Source: Smithellaceae bacterium
Lineage (GTDB): Bacteria; Desulfobacterota; Syntrophia; Syntrophales; Smithellaceae
Assembly (NCBI GenBank): GCA_963667845.2
Contig: CAXXVL010000002.1
Location: 1,120,001-1,184,000 of the forward strand
DNA: 64,000 bases
Direction: 5' to 3'
Shown here: piece by piece, positions 17,222 through 27,014 of the stretch
Layout: each line of letters opens with the position of its first letter
Position numbering within the stretch: position 1 is the stretch's first letter
Program-made: the position numbers and the translations under genes
The notes under the pieces: model-generated
Told to the model about the DNA's origin: nothing
The model's database searches: none
What the model saw: the letters and a program-made list of their open reading frames with translations, nothing else

Positions 17222-19036
17222 TCAGTCCTTGTACATCGATTCGATCAGGTCTTTAAACTGGGCATTGATCGATTTTCTTTTTACTTTCATGGTCGGGGTG
17301 ACTTCACCGTCTTCGGTATAAAGCTTCTTATCAATAATCTTGAATTTCCGGATATTCTCTACACGGGACACCTGATTATTCACTTTATCGATTTCTTCCT
17401 GAATGAGCGCGATGATCTCCGGTGCGCGGGTCATGGTCGCATACGTCGTGAATTGAACTTTATTGTCCTGAGCGTATTTAGTGACATTTTCCTCGTCGAG
17501 GACGATGAGCGCCGACAGAAATTTTCGGCGATCGCCGATGACCACGGAGTCGTTGATGTAGGGCGAAAATTTCAGCAGATTTTCCAGATATTGAGGTGCT
17601 ACGTTTTTGCCGCCCGCCGTGATGATCAGATCTTTTTTGCGGTCGGTCAGTTTCAGATAGCCTTCTTCATCAATCATCCCCACATCGCCGGTATGCATCC
17701 AGCCGTCAATCAGAACTTCTTTGGTCTGCTCATCATCCTTGTAGTACCCTTTGAAGATACCCGGATGCTTGACGACGATCTCGCCGTCCTCGGCGATTCT
17801 GACCTGTGTTCCCGGTATGGCTTTTCCGACGGTTCCCACTTTAAAATCGACTTCGTTCGACATGTGCGTGATGCCGGTGGTTTCAGTCATGCCGTACCCC
17901 TCGCGAATCGGTATCCCGACGCTCTGGAAAAATTTTAAAATCTCATGGGAAATGGGCGCGGCGCCGGAAACACCTACCTTGACCCGGTCAAAGCCCAGAC
18001 GTTCCTTGAGTTTCCGGAAGACGACAAAATAGGCGATATGATAAGCGAGCGCCAGTCCTGTGGGCACTTTCTTTTTGGTCAGCGCGATATTGTTGTAGCG
18101 GGTGCCGATCTGGACGGCTATTTTATAGAGGGTGCGTTTGAGCCAGGTCGCATCGGCCATTTTCAAGACGATGCCGGAGTAATACTTTTCCCAGATCCGG
18201 GGCACGGCATGGAACATGGTGGGCGAGATTTCCGTCATATCCGCCATAACGGTGTCCGTGTTTTCGGTAAAATTGACGATCTGCCCCACGGTCAGATGAT
18301 ACATGATGTCGAAGATCTGCTCATACACGTGATTGAGCGGCAGAAACGAAATGGTTTCGTCTTCATTGGTCAGGGGGGTGACCTGGTTTGCGGACTGGGC
18401 GATCCACAGATAGCCCTCATGCGCCAGGAGCGCGCCCTTCGGCGGTCCGGTGGTTCCCGAGGTGTAGATAATACCGGCAATGTCCTGGGGCTGTGCCAGG
18501 TCGGTCAGTTGATTAAAGAGCTCCGGATTCTTGCGGTCTTCAACTTTCCCCAGTTCCAGGAGTTCTGCGAAACTCATGAGCATGGGATCTTCATAATGTT
18601 TGAGACCTTCCATTTCCCAGACGATGAGCTTGCGCAGCATCGGCGTTTTGGACCGGAAAGCCAGCGCCTTGTCCAGCTGCTCTTCATCTTCGCAGATGTA
18701 AACCACGGCATCGGAGTGGCCCACGACGTATTCGCATTCCGCCACCGGATTGGTCGTGTAAACGCCCACCCAGGCGCCGCCGGCGCAAACGATGCCCAGA
18801 GCCGAGTAGAGCCATTCCGGGCGGTTTTCACCGATGATCGCGACGTGGTCTTTGTAATTGACGCCCAGGGCATGGAGGCCGCAAGTCACATGCTTGACAT
18901 TTTCGTAATATTCCTTCCACGTGATATCATGCCAGATGCCGTAATCCTTTCTCCTCATGGCAATGCGGTCGGGCTGCTTTTTCACCATATTCAGAAGTGC
19001 CTTGGGCAACGTCTTGATTTCCAGTGACTGGGCCAT
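17222..19036 (-). CDS. Long-chain-fatty-acid--CoA ligase (AMP-dependent synthetase)
   Basis: YTSGTTGPPKG, EGYGMTE, WMHTGDVG, DRKKDLIITAGGKNVAP, TPTMKVKR. Confidence 0.93.
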   Translation of the reverse strand: MAQSLEIKTLPKALLNMVKKQPDRIAMRRKDYGIWHDITWKEYYENVKHVTCGLHALGVNYKDHVAIIGENRPEWLYSALGIVCAGGAWVGVYTTNPVAECEYVVGHSDAVVYICEDEEQLDKALAFRSKTPMLRKLIVWEMEGLKHYEDPMLMSFAELLELGKVEDRKNPELFNQLTDLAQPQDIAGIIYTSGTTGPPKGALLAHEGYLWIAQSANQVTPLTNEDETISFLPLNHVYEQIFDIMYHLTVGQIVNFTENTDTVMADMTEISPTMFHAVPRIWEKYYSGIVLKMADATWLKRTLYKIAVQIGTRYNNIALTKKKVPTGLALAYHIAYFVVFRKLKERLGFDRVKVGVSGAAPISHEILKFFQSVGIPIREGYGMTETTGITHMSNEVDFKVGTVGKAIPGTQVRIAEDGEIVVKHPGIFKGYYKDDEQTKEVLIDGWMHTGDVGMIDEEGYLKLTDRKKDLIITAGGKNVAPQYLENLLKFSPYINDSVVIGDRRKFLSALIVLDEENVTKYAQDNKVQFTTYATMTRAPEIIALIQEEIDKVNNQVSRVENIRKFKIIDKKLYTEDGEVTPTMKVKRKSINAQFKDLIESMYKD

Positions 19037-19099
19037 ACTTTCTCCTTGATCGTTTAGAACAATGAACCAATGTGTTTTTCAGATCCCATACCCGCCGGT

Positions 19100-19882
19100 C
19101 TAACGGAAACGGACTTTTCTCCGGTAACGTTTATATCCTTTGACCGACTGCTCCGTGGCGATCCCCAGATAGAATTCCTTGATGTCCTGGTCTTCCCGGA
19201 GGACCTCCGGTTTGTCGGCGCGGACGATTCTGCCGTTTTCCAGCAGGTAGGCGTAGTGAGAATATTTGAGTGCCATATTCACGTTTTGCTCCACCAGAAG
19301 AATCGTCATGCCGTCCTTCTCATTAATATTTTTGATGATGCCGAATATTTCCTTGGTCAAAAGCGGGGAAAGTCCTAAAGACGGCTCGTCGAGCATGAGC
19401 AGTTTGGGGCGGCTCATCAGCGCCCGGCCGATCGCCAGCATCTGCTGCTCTCCGCCGCTCATCAAACCCGCCTGCTGATTGATTCTTTCTCTCAGGATGG
19501 GGAAATGGTTAAAGACATTTTCCAGATCACCCTTGATGTTTTTCCTGTCTTTCCGGGTGTAGGCGCCCATGTTGATATTTTCCAGCACAGTGAGTTCGGG
19601 AAACACTTCCCGCCCTTCCGGGACGTAACCGATTCCCATACGTACGATGTCGGCGGTCTCCTTCCGGTCGATGCGCTCTCCCAGAAATTCAATGGTTCCT
19701 TTTTCCGGCTGCTCTTCTTTTAAATCATAAAACAGGCGCATGATTGTTTTCAGCGTCGTGGTTTTTCCGGCGCCGTTCGAACCCAGAAGCGCAACGATAT
19801 CGCCCTGCTTGATTTCAAAGGAAATGCCGTGCAGCGCGCGGATCAGATCGTACCATGTTTCGATGTTTCTTACTTTCAGCAT
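19100..19882 (-). CDS. LivF-like ABC transporter ATP-binding protein
   Basis: GSNGAGKTT, MSGGEQQML, LDEPSLGL. Confidence 0.92.
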   Translation of the reverse strand: MLKVRNIETWYDLIRALHGISFEIKQGDIVALLGSNGAGKTTTLKTIMRLFYDLKEEQPEKGTIEFLGERIDRKETADIVRMGIGYVPEGREVFPELTVLENINMGAYTRKDRKNIKGDLENVFNHFPILRERINQQAGLMSGGEQQMLAIGRALMSRPKLLMLDEPSLGLSPLLTKEIFGIIKNINEKDGMTILLVEQNVNMALKYSHYAYLLENGRIVRADKPEVLREDQDIKEFYLGIATEQSVKGYKRYRRKVRFR

Positions 19883-20661
19883 TAGATCGCTCCCTCCTCT
19901 CCGAGGTAAGCTTTGATGACTTCGGGATTCTTCTGAACCTCCCGAGGCGTTCCTAGAACAATCTTCTGCCCCTGACTCATGGCAAAAACACGATCCGAAA
20001 TTCCCATAATCATATTCATGTCGTGTTCAATGAGCAGAATCGTTACATTAAAGTCTTCCCGAATGTCTTTGATCCAGATCGTCAAATCATCCTTTTCCTC
20101 TGTGTTCATGCCGGCGGATGGTTCGTCGAGCAGCATCACTTTGGGCTCCAGTGCCAGCGCCCGGCCAACTTCGATCAGTTTGCGCTTGCCGTAAGCCAGA
20201 GAACCGACAAATTGATCCCGAACGGATTGCAGTTCGAGAAAATCAATGATCTGTTCAACCTTTTCACGGTGGGCGATTTCCTCGCGGGCGGCCGGAGATC
20301 GCTTGCCCAACATAAAGGCGCCGCCGAAGATTCCGGTCTTCATAAAGATATGGCGGCCGAGCATGAGATTGTCCATCACTGTCGCGTTGGCGAACAGCTC
20401 GATGTTCTGGAAGGTACGCGCAACGCCCTTTTTGGCAATCCGGTCCGGAGTTTTGCCCACCAGATTCTCTCCTTCCAGAAGAACCTCCCCCTCGTTCGGA
20501 TGATAGATCCCGCTGATCAGGTTGAAGATGGTTGTCTTTCCCGAACCGTTGGGCCCGATGATGGAAAAGATTTCATTCTTCTCAACGCTGAAACTGACGT
20601 CATTGACGGCTTTTAATCCGCCAAAGCTGATGCTCAAATGTTCGATATCGAAATAGCCCAT
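19882..20661 (-). CDS. LivG-like ABC transporter ATP-binding protein
   Basis: FGGLKAV, GPNGSGKTT, LDEPSAGM, IEHDM. Confidence 0.92.
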   Translation of the reverse strand: MGYFDIEHLSISFGGLKAVNDVSFSVEKNEIFSIIGPNGSGKTTIFNLISGIYHPNEGEVLLEGENLVGKTPDRIAKKGVARTFQNIELFANATVMDNLMLGRHIFMKTGIFGGAFMLGKRSPAAREEIAHREKVEQIIDFLELQSVRDQFVGSLAYGKRKLIEVGRALALEPKVMLLDEPSAGMNTEEKDDLTIWIKDIREDFNVTILLIEHDMNMIMGISDRVFAMSQGQKIVLGTPREVQKNPEVIKAYLGEEGAI

Positions 20662-20837
20662 GAGATGCCTTTCTCTTTGTCATTTCGATCCCCGCACGCG
20701 TGACCTTTAGGTTATAGGCGGGATTTTATTTCGGGAGAACCCGGTTACGAAGAGGGATTTTTTAGTCCGTCTTCAATTTGCTTTTCGGAATGACAATATC
20801 AATTATAATAAATCTCTGCATTAACCGAACCAGAAGA

Positions 20838-20888
20838 CGCATGGAACCTTGCGGGTTTCGCTCGCATCCCCGCAAGGCTTCCGATGCG
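20838..20888 (-). terminator. Stem-loop directly after the substrate-binding protein gene (partial terminator or mRNA stabiliser)
   Basis: GCATGGAACCTTGCGGG...CCCGCAAGGCTTCCGATGC imperfect long stem. Confidence 0.5.
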
Positions 20889-20894
20889 GTTTCG

Positions 20895-22091
20895 CTAGTG
20901 CCGGCTGATCTCGTTTTCGGTCCAATCCTGAAGGACGATATTTTCGCCTTTAGGACCGGCCTGCCAGATCTGAACGGTTTTGGGGGCCTTATGATTTTTC
21001 GCTGTCCAGGTAATTTTCGGACCAACACCCTGGAAATTCTTGATGCTGTCCAGTTCTTTTTTAACCGCTTCCGTGCTCAAGTTCTTGCCGGCTTTCTTCA
21101 TTGCATAGACCAGGGGTTCCGCGACGACAATGCCTGCCTGGTAGAAAATGCCCCATCTTTCCGTGGGCGCCAGCCGTTCCTGTGCCGCGCGATACTTTTT
21201 GATCAGCGGATTATCGGAAAACGGCGGAACAAAGAATGCGCTGGTGATGACTGCTTCTTTGGACCACAGGCCATCGGTGATCTTGTTCATCAGGGGATAA
21301 TCCGAGAGGTTATAGGAATGGATCCACTGAGGCTTGAAGCCGACGGAAACGCTGGTTCGAAGAGCGATAGCTGCCTGGGTCGGCGAGCAGTAGCCGATGA
21401 CCGCCTCGGCGCCGGAGGCTTTCAGTTTGGCAACCTGCGAAGAAAGATCGCGCTCGGTGGGTTCAACGGGAAGCGCGGCCACCAGTTCCATTTTGTATTT
21501 GCTCAGGCGATACTTGACTGAATCCAGGGCATCCTGGCCGTAGTCGTCATTCTGGTAGAACATGGCAATTTTCTTGTATTTCTTTTTTTCAACGGCGAAT
21601 TTCGCGAGGATGCTGGAATCATCTTCATAGGTTGCCCAGATGTTCCACAGGTAGGGGTTGTGCGGATCCCAAAACGATCTGGCGCCGGTACAGGGGGAAA
21701 TCCAGATGATTTTATTTTCCTGCAGAATTTTGTATACGGACTGACAGCTGGCCGTGCCCACGCCGCCCACAAAGGCAAAAATGCCGTACCGCTCCACCAG
21801 TTCCTTGACGGCGGCTACGGTCTGGGAGGGATTGTACTGGTCGTCGCGGACGAAGAATTTAATTTTACGGCCGTTAATGCCGCCCTCTTCATTCACGATG
21901 TCGAACATGAGCTTACTGCCGCGAGCGACGGCACCCCAAGGCGCCGCCGGGCCCGTCTGAGGTCCCCACGCAGCAATGCGAATTTCTTTGTCATCAAATC
22001 CACGCTCGGCCGCTGCCTGCCCCGCTGAGGCAAACAGAAAAACGGTAAACAGACAAACAAGCATTATCCCCATTACCTTTTTAAAATTCAT
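20895..22091 (-). CDS. Liv/Leu-type ABC substrate-binding protein
   Basis: Signal peptide, GGINGRKI, DDQYNP, YQNDDYG. Confidence 0.92.
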   Translation of the reverse strand: MNFKKVMGIMLVCLFTVFLFASAGQAAAERGFDDKEIRIAAWGPQTGPAAPWGAVARGSKLMFDIVNEEGGINGRKIKFFVRDDQYNPSQTVAAVKELVERYGIFAFVGGVGTASCQSVYKILQENKIIWISPCTGARSFWDPHNPYLWNIWATYEDDSSILAKFAVEKKKYKKIAMFYQNDDYGQDALDSVKYRLSKYKMELVAALPVEPTERDLSSQVAKLKASGAEAVIGYCSPTQAAIALRTSVSVGFKPQWIHSYNLSDYPLMNKITDGLWSKEAVITSAFFVPPFSDNPLIKKYRAAQERLAPTERWGIFYQAGIVVAEPLVYAMKKAGKNLSTEAVKKELDSIKNFQGVGPKITWTAKNHKAPKTVQIWQAGPKGENIVLQDWTENEISRH

Positions 22092-22218
22092 AGCCCTTCC
22101 TCCTTATGTTGTTAGTGACATGCCAAATCGTTCTTCATCATTCTACAAATGTCCATCCTGCGAGAAAAAGTTTCTCAATATAAGGCACATGGACATCCTT
22201 GCCGGTTTGCTCGGGTGC

Positions 22219-22698
22219 TCAGCTTTTGTACCACTTGCCTCCTTCTTTCAGGAATATGAAGCCGATGTTGACAACCGACTGCCTGCTTACGCCTTCACGG
22301 GCGAACGTCACTTCCACTTCCACCTGGGCGATCTTATCGGCTGTGGATATGGTTTGCGGATCCTTGTTATCCCGGATGTAACTCACGCGGACGATTTGAT
22401 ACGCAACGACACGATCCGGCGAAACTTTGGCCTCGGCGAGATACTGTTTATAGTTATGTGTTCGGAGGTAGACGGATGAAGGAGCAAAACAGGCGTATAC
22501 CGCGGGATAATCCCGGCGGATTTCCGCATCGAGAAAGCTCCGGGCGGCTTTGAGAACCGCTTGCTCCTCGCGGTCGCCTGCCGAGCCGCAAGAGGCATTT
22601 CGGGCAAGGCCTCCCACCATCGCCGCGATCAGAATAAGAAAAATCACAGCAGTCAGGTTACTTTTTAAAATAATTTTGCACGGTGCGTCTTTGTTCAT
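22219..22698 (-). CDS. Hypothetical membrane-anchored/exported protein inside ABC operon (NTF2-like appearance)
   Basis: N-terminal hydrophobic helix, C-terminal FLKEGGKWY; starts 5 nt after the livH-like stop. Confidence 0.7.
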   Translation of the reverse strand: MNKDAPCKIILKSNLTAVIFLILIAAMVGGLARNASCGSAGDREEQAVLKAARSFLDAEIRRDYPAVYACFAPSSVYLRTHNYKQYLAEAKVSPDRVVAYQIVRVSYIRDNKDPQTISTADKIAQVEVEVTFAREGVSRQSVVNIGFIFLKEGGKWYKS

Positions 22699-22703
22699 GG
22701 TGC

Positions 22704-23579
22704 TTACACCTTCTTTACCCAGTGCTTGGCAAACAAACCGCTCGGGCGAATGCAGAGCACCAGAACGATCACTACGAAAGCCGTTATCGGTTTCCAGACC
22801 GGCCAGGCATAACCGAAAAAGTTTTCCAGGAGCCCCATGATGGCGCCGCCGATCAGAACGCCGGGAATGCTCATCAGCCCTCCCAGAACCGCGGCAGCGA
22901 AGGCTTTTAAGAATGGTTCCATCATGAACTGCGGATCCAGAATGGTTTTGGCCGTGAGCAGCACGGCGGCGATCAGCCCGATGACCGAACTGAATGCCCA
23001 GGAAAAGGCAAACACACGGTCCGTGTTGATGCCCATGATTTTTGCCGCATGCTTATTCTGCTGGGTCGCCCGCATGGCCGTTCCGAGTTGTGTATATTTG
23101 AAGAAGAAGAAAAGGAAAGCCATCACGGCGGCGGCAATAACGAAGACGGCCACCGCCCACTGGCTGATCAAGAAACCTTTAATCGGCTCGTATGTTATCA
23201 TGTAGGAAATCGGGATAGAAAATTCTTGCTGCTCGGCGCCCCATTTCCAGCTCGCAAATCCCATCATCAGCATTTCCACACCCAGCGTAATGACGATGAG
23301 GCTAAGCAGCGTGGGATTTTTAGCGGGCCTGAGAAAAACATACTGAACCAGAACGCCCAGGATGGCGGCAAACACCATCGCTGCGATGAGAGCGACCCAG
23401 AAGGGACAATGATAAAACGTCAGCAAGTGAAAAACGATGAATGTGGAAAACATGGCCATTTCACCTGCAGCAAAATTCATGACCTCCGACGTTTTATAGA
23501 TAATGACGACCGCCAGACCAAAAAGACCGTAGCAGGCGCCCATCGCCAATCCCTCGATTAACAACTGTACGAAAGGCAT
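22704..23579 (-). CDS. LivH-like ABC permease
   Basis: NFAAGEMAM, GTAMRA, AAAVLGG, RPSGLF. Confidence 0.92.
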   Translation of the reverse strand: MPFVQLLIEGLAMGACYGLFGLAVVIIYKTSEVMNFAAGEMAMFSTFIVFHLLTFYHCPFWVALIAAMVFAAILGVLVQYVFLRPAKNPTLLSLIVITLGVEMLMMGFASWKWGAEQQEFSIPISYMITYEPIKGFLISQWAVAVFVIAAAVMAFLFFFFKYTQLGTAMRATQQNKHAAKIMGINTDRVFAFSWAFSSVIGLIAAVLLTAKTILDPQFMMEPFLKAFAAAVLGGLMSIPGVLIGGAIMGLLENFFGYAWPVWKPITAFVVIVLVLCIRPSGLFAKHWVKKV

Positions 23580-23696
23580 ATCTCCCCCTTATCTCATCGT
23601 GACTTTCCGTTTTTGACCGCTCTCGCCGACTTCATCAGCTTTGTCCCGTTGCAAAAGACAATCGTGGTTTCACACTTTCGGTGCGTGGATATGATT

Positions 23697-24776
23697 TTAA
23701 AAAGGCCAGGTCTTCCAATATTTCTTCATTCGGATCCAGACTCCGAAGATTCCCATGGGTTCAAAAATCATGATGCCGATCATGACCAGTCCCAGGGCGA
23801 TGGCGCTTAGATTGTCCATGCCCGTAATGGAAAGCCAGCGCTGCGAAATGGCTACCAGAAAATCTCCCACATAAGCAATGTCCTTGACGTTTTTGAAAAG
23901 GGCGTACATCAGGTACGTGATAAAAGCGGCGCCCGTGATGGAGCCCATGATGGAGCCAAGCCCCCCCACCACAATCATGACCAGAAAGTAAATGGACAGA
24001 AACATGTTGAATGTGATGGGATCGAAAAACCCGAGGACGAAGGCAAAAAGACCGCCGGCGATACCGGCATAAAAGGCGCTCACGGCAAAAGATAGTGTTT
24101 TGTATACGGTGAGATTGATGCCGATGACCTCGGCGGCGATGTCACTGTCGCGGATGGCGACAAAGGCGCGTCCTGCTTTTGTTTTTAAAATATTGATCGC
24201 CCCCAGGACCATGAGGATGGTTATGATGAGAATGAGATAATATTTGCTCAGGTCTGTCGTGAGAGTAAGATTCCAGCCCAGCTGAGGGATGCCGATATTC
24301 AGAGCAGGCGCTCGAAGGCCACTGCGGCCTCCGAATATTTCCGTATGGCCGATGATATGCATGATCGCCAAGCCGAACGCCAGTGTGGCGATGGTCAGAT
24401 ATGGACCTTCGAGCCTGAGCGCCGGCAATCCCAGGATGAAGCCAAAAAAGGCTGCAATAAACGCCGCAATGATAATAGCCGGGAAAAAAGGCATACCCAG
24501 CTTTGTCATTAGCAGCACGGTGGCGTAAGCGCCGATGGCGAAGAACCCGGCATGTCCCAGGGAGATTTGCCCGGTTGAGCCGACCAGAATATTGAGACCG
24601 ACGGCGAGGATGACGTGGACCATGATCAGGTTAAAAAGATATAAGTAGTAATTGGTTGATATGAGAGGAAGGGTGAAGAGCGCGACCATTAGAATGATAG
24701 CCCAGAAAAGAATGGTCCCGCTTTTGAAAAGCTCGATATCCTCGTAATACGCCCGCTTCATGTCCATAGAGATCAC
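23697..24776 (-). CDS. LivM-like ABC permease
   Basis: GQISLGHAGFF.IGAY, PALRL.GPYL, GRAFVAIRDS. Confidence 0.92.
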   Translation of the reverse strand: MISMDMKRAYYEDIELFKSGTILFWAIILMVALFTLPLISTNYYLYLFNLIMVHVILAVGLNILVGSTGQISLGHAGFFAIGAYATVLLMTKLGMPFFPAIIIAAFIAAFFGFILGLPALRLEGPYLTIATLAFGLAIMHIIGHTEIFGGRSGLRAPALNIGIPQLGWNLTLTTDLSKYYLILIITILMVLGAINILKTKAGRAFVAIRDSDIAAEVIGINLTVYKTLSFAVSAFYAGIAGGLFAFVLGFFDPITFNMFLSIYFLVMIVVGGLGSIMGSITGAAFITYLMYALFKNVKDIAYVGDFLVAISQRWLSITGMDNLSAIALGLVMIGIMIFEPMGIFGVWIRMKKYWKTWPF

Positions 24777-25012
24777 ACGCTCCTATAGTTGTCTGATAGA
24801 AGGGTTGATTACATCTGGTACAGCTTCGCTTACGTTACTTATTCAATGACGGAGGTGCCGTGGGTACGTCAAGATATTTTGACTTCCGATGTAAGATCTG
24901 GTGCAAACCATGTCCTAATTCGGGAAAATCGCAGTTCCCAACTGTAACCATCATTCACCATAAGCCATATGCGCAGTATATATTATCTCAGGATTTTAAT
25001 AGTAGACACCTT

Positions 25013-25041
25013 ATTATAGCAAAGATTCTGTGTCAATATGA
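25013..25041 (-). promoter_or_regulatory. Extended -10 promoter for ABC/acyl-CoA ligase operon
   Basis: TGCTATAAT on the minus strand in an AT-rich region, with TTGACA/TTCATA upstream. Confidence 0.5.
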
Positions 25042-25083
25042 AATAATCAAAACAGTTTCCATACAACAATAGTATATAAATAT

Positions 25084-25557
25084 TTAGGATAAGCCGCCGA
25101 CACCCATCATGCCGGAAAGGAAGCCGGTGATCGCTCCGGTTACAAGAAAAATGACGACATTCACATGAACGGGATGCTCCCCAAAGGTTGCAGGCAGATG
25201 GGGTTTCAATGCCAGCAGTGCCGCGCAAAAGATCAGGAATATGCCGAAGGCGCGTCTCAGCTTCCAGCCGGGAAGCGCATTGGCGTAATGCGCACCGGCG
25301 CGGACCGTAAGCACGGCCGTTAATGCCAGCAAGGCTGCGGCCAGAAAATCGATATCCCCTCGCAGGCCATAGATCAGCGCACCGCCGGCTCCCGTAAAGA
25401 CCAGCGCGACCAGACTTGTTCCGTGCGCCCTGTGCTGCGAAAGTTTGAGGATACCGATCATCAGGGGGACCATGATCACTCCGCCGCCCAGACCGATCAG
25501 GCCGCCGAAAGTACCGGCGGCAAGTCCAATAGCAAAGCTGATAAAGTGCCTTTTCAT
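25084..25557 (-). pseudogene. TauE/SafE (TSUP) family transporter, apparently 3'-truncated
   Basis: GLIGLGGGVIMVP and AHGTSL motifs; stops at the second repeat GMMGVGG-LS* at 157 aa (typical ~250 aa). Confidence 0.65.
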
Positions 25558-25614
25558 TCCTGCTCCCCGAGAAGAACGAATGGAAGATATCGTGTGTGGA
25601 CCGCCTTTTGACCG

Positions 25615-26988
25615 CTACCGATGTATGCGGCCACGGGCCAGGGATGCGAACACCCCGAAGCCGCATGTCACGGCCAGTATGCCGAAAATGATTTTAGAAC
25701 TTACGACCAATAACGCGTTGGTTTCACTGGTGAGGCTCCGGTCACCGATGACCCAGGCGAAAACCAGCATGGCGATGCCCATGCTCAGCATCTGTCCTAC
25801 CAGTCTCATCGTGGCCTGAGTTGCCGACGCAATGCCGTAGAATTTGTTTTCGACCGAACTCATGACTGCGTTGACATTGGGAGAGGAAAACAGCGCAAAG
25901 CCGACGCCCAGCAAAGCCAGGCAAAGTACGATGTAATAAAGTGGTGTATCGGCGGCGATAAAAAAAAGCCCCACGAGGCCAATGACGGTCAGCGTCATGC
26001 CGGCGGAGGAGATGATCCGTGGTTCGCAGCGGTCGGACAGCCGCCCGGCTGCCGGTGAAAAAACCGCCTGCAGCAGGGGTTCGACGACCAGAACAATGCC
26101 TGTCTGTGAAGGTGTCATCATCTTGATGTGCTGCAGGTAAAGGCTGAGCAGAAAGGTGACGGCAAACGTTGCCGCGTAGTTAATCAGGGCGGCGAGATTG
26201 GAGAACGCAAAGACCCGGTTGTCCAGGAACAGGTGAATGTTGATGAGGGGGAAAGGTCTCTTTAACTGCTGCCGAATAAAGAATATGAAACAGACGATCC
26301 CGACGGCGATCAGAAAGCCTCCTCGGGGGGAAGGCAACTGCGAAAAGCCGTACATCATGGAAAACAGCGCCGCCGCGTAAAGGATCGAACCGCTCAGGTC
26401 AAATGCTTCGCCCTTTGCCGCCATCCGATGTTCCTGAGCCATGCGCATGGCAAGCCCGGCGGCCGCCGCTCCCAGTGCCGCGTTGACGATGAAAATAGTC
26501 TTCCATCCCAGGTGCTCGGTGAGTATGCCTCCGATAAAAGGCCCGCAGGTCAGGCCGATGTAAACCGCCGCAATGTTGATTCCCAGCATCTTACCGCGTT
26601 CATTTACCGGATAGGCGGAGATCAGCATCGCCGTGCCCGTGCTGAAGATCATCGCGCCGCCGATGCCCTGCACAACGCGCAGCGCGATAAAAATTCCCTC
26701 GGTCCAGGACCAGATGCACGAAAGAGACGACAGAGCAAAGATCAGTGAACCGGAAAGAAAAAATATCCGCCGGCCGTAAATATCGGCCAGCCGCCCCATT
26801 GGCACCAGCATGATCGCTGCAGCCAGCAGGAACGATGAGGACACCCAGCTTAAGCTCAGCGCACTCATAGAAAAATCGCGGGCGATCATCGGCAGGGCGA
26901 CGTTGACGGATGAACCCATGAAAGGCGTCGTAAAGGAGCTGATCGTGGTGGCCAGAAGGACGATAGGGAATTTTCTTTTTACGGTCAT
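25615..26988 (-). CDS. MFS transporter, DHA2/EmrB-like
   Basis: GRLADIYGRR motif A, ~14 TM, GPFIGG. Confidence 0.92.
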   Translation of the reverse strand: MTVKRKFPIVLLATTISSFTTPFMGSSVNVALPMIARDFSMSALSLSWVSSSFLLAAAIMLVPMGRLADIYGRRIFFLSGSLIFALSSLSCIWSWTEGIFIALRVVQGIGGAMIFSTGTAMLISAYPVNERGKMLGINIAAVYIGLTCGPFIGGILTEHLGWKTIFIVNAALGAAAAGLAMRMAQEHRMAAKGEAFDLSGSILYAAALFSMMYGFSQLPSPRGGFLIAVGIVCFIFFIRQQLKRPFPLINIHLFLDNRVFAFSNLAALINYAATFAVTFLLSLYLQHIKMMTPSQTGIVLVVEPLLQAVFSPAAGRLSDRCEPRIISSAGMTLTVIGLVGLFFIAADTPLYYIVLCLALLGVGFALFSSPNVNAVMSSVENKFYGIASATQATMRLVGQMLSMGIAMLVFAWVIGDRSLTSETNALLVVSSKIIFGILAVTCGFGVFASLARGRIHR

Positions 26989-27014
26989 GCTTTCACATCA
27001 AGACAAACCTGAAT

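Noticed and set aside
24983..25666. 227-aa minus-strand ORF
   Set aside because: Alternative frame over the tauE remnant; no protein-like features
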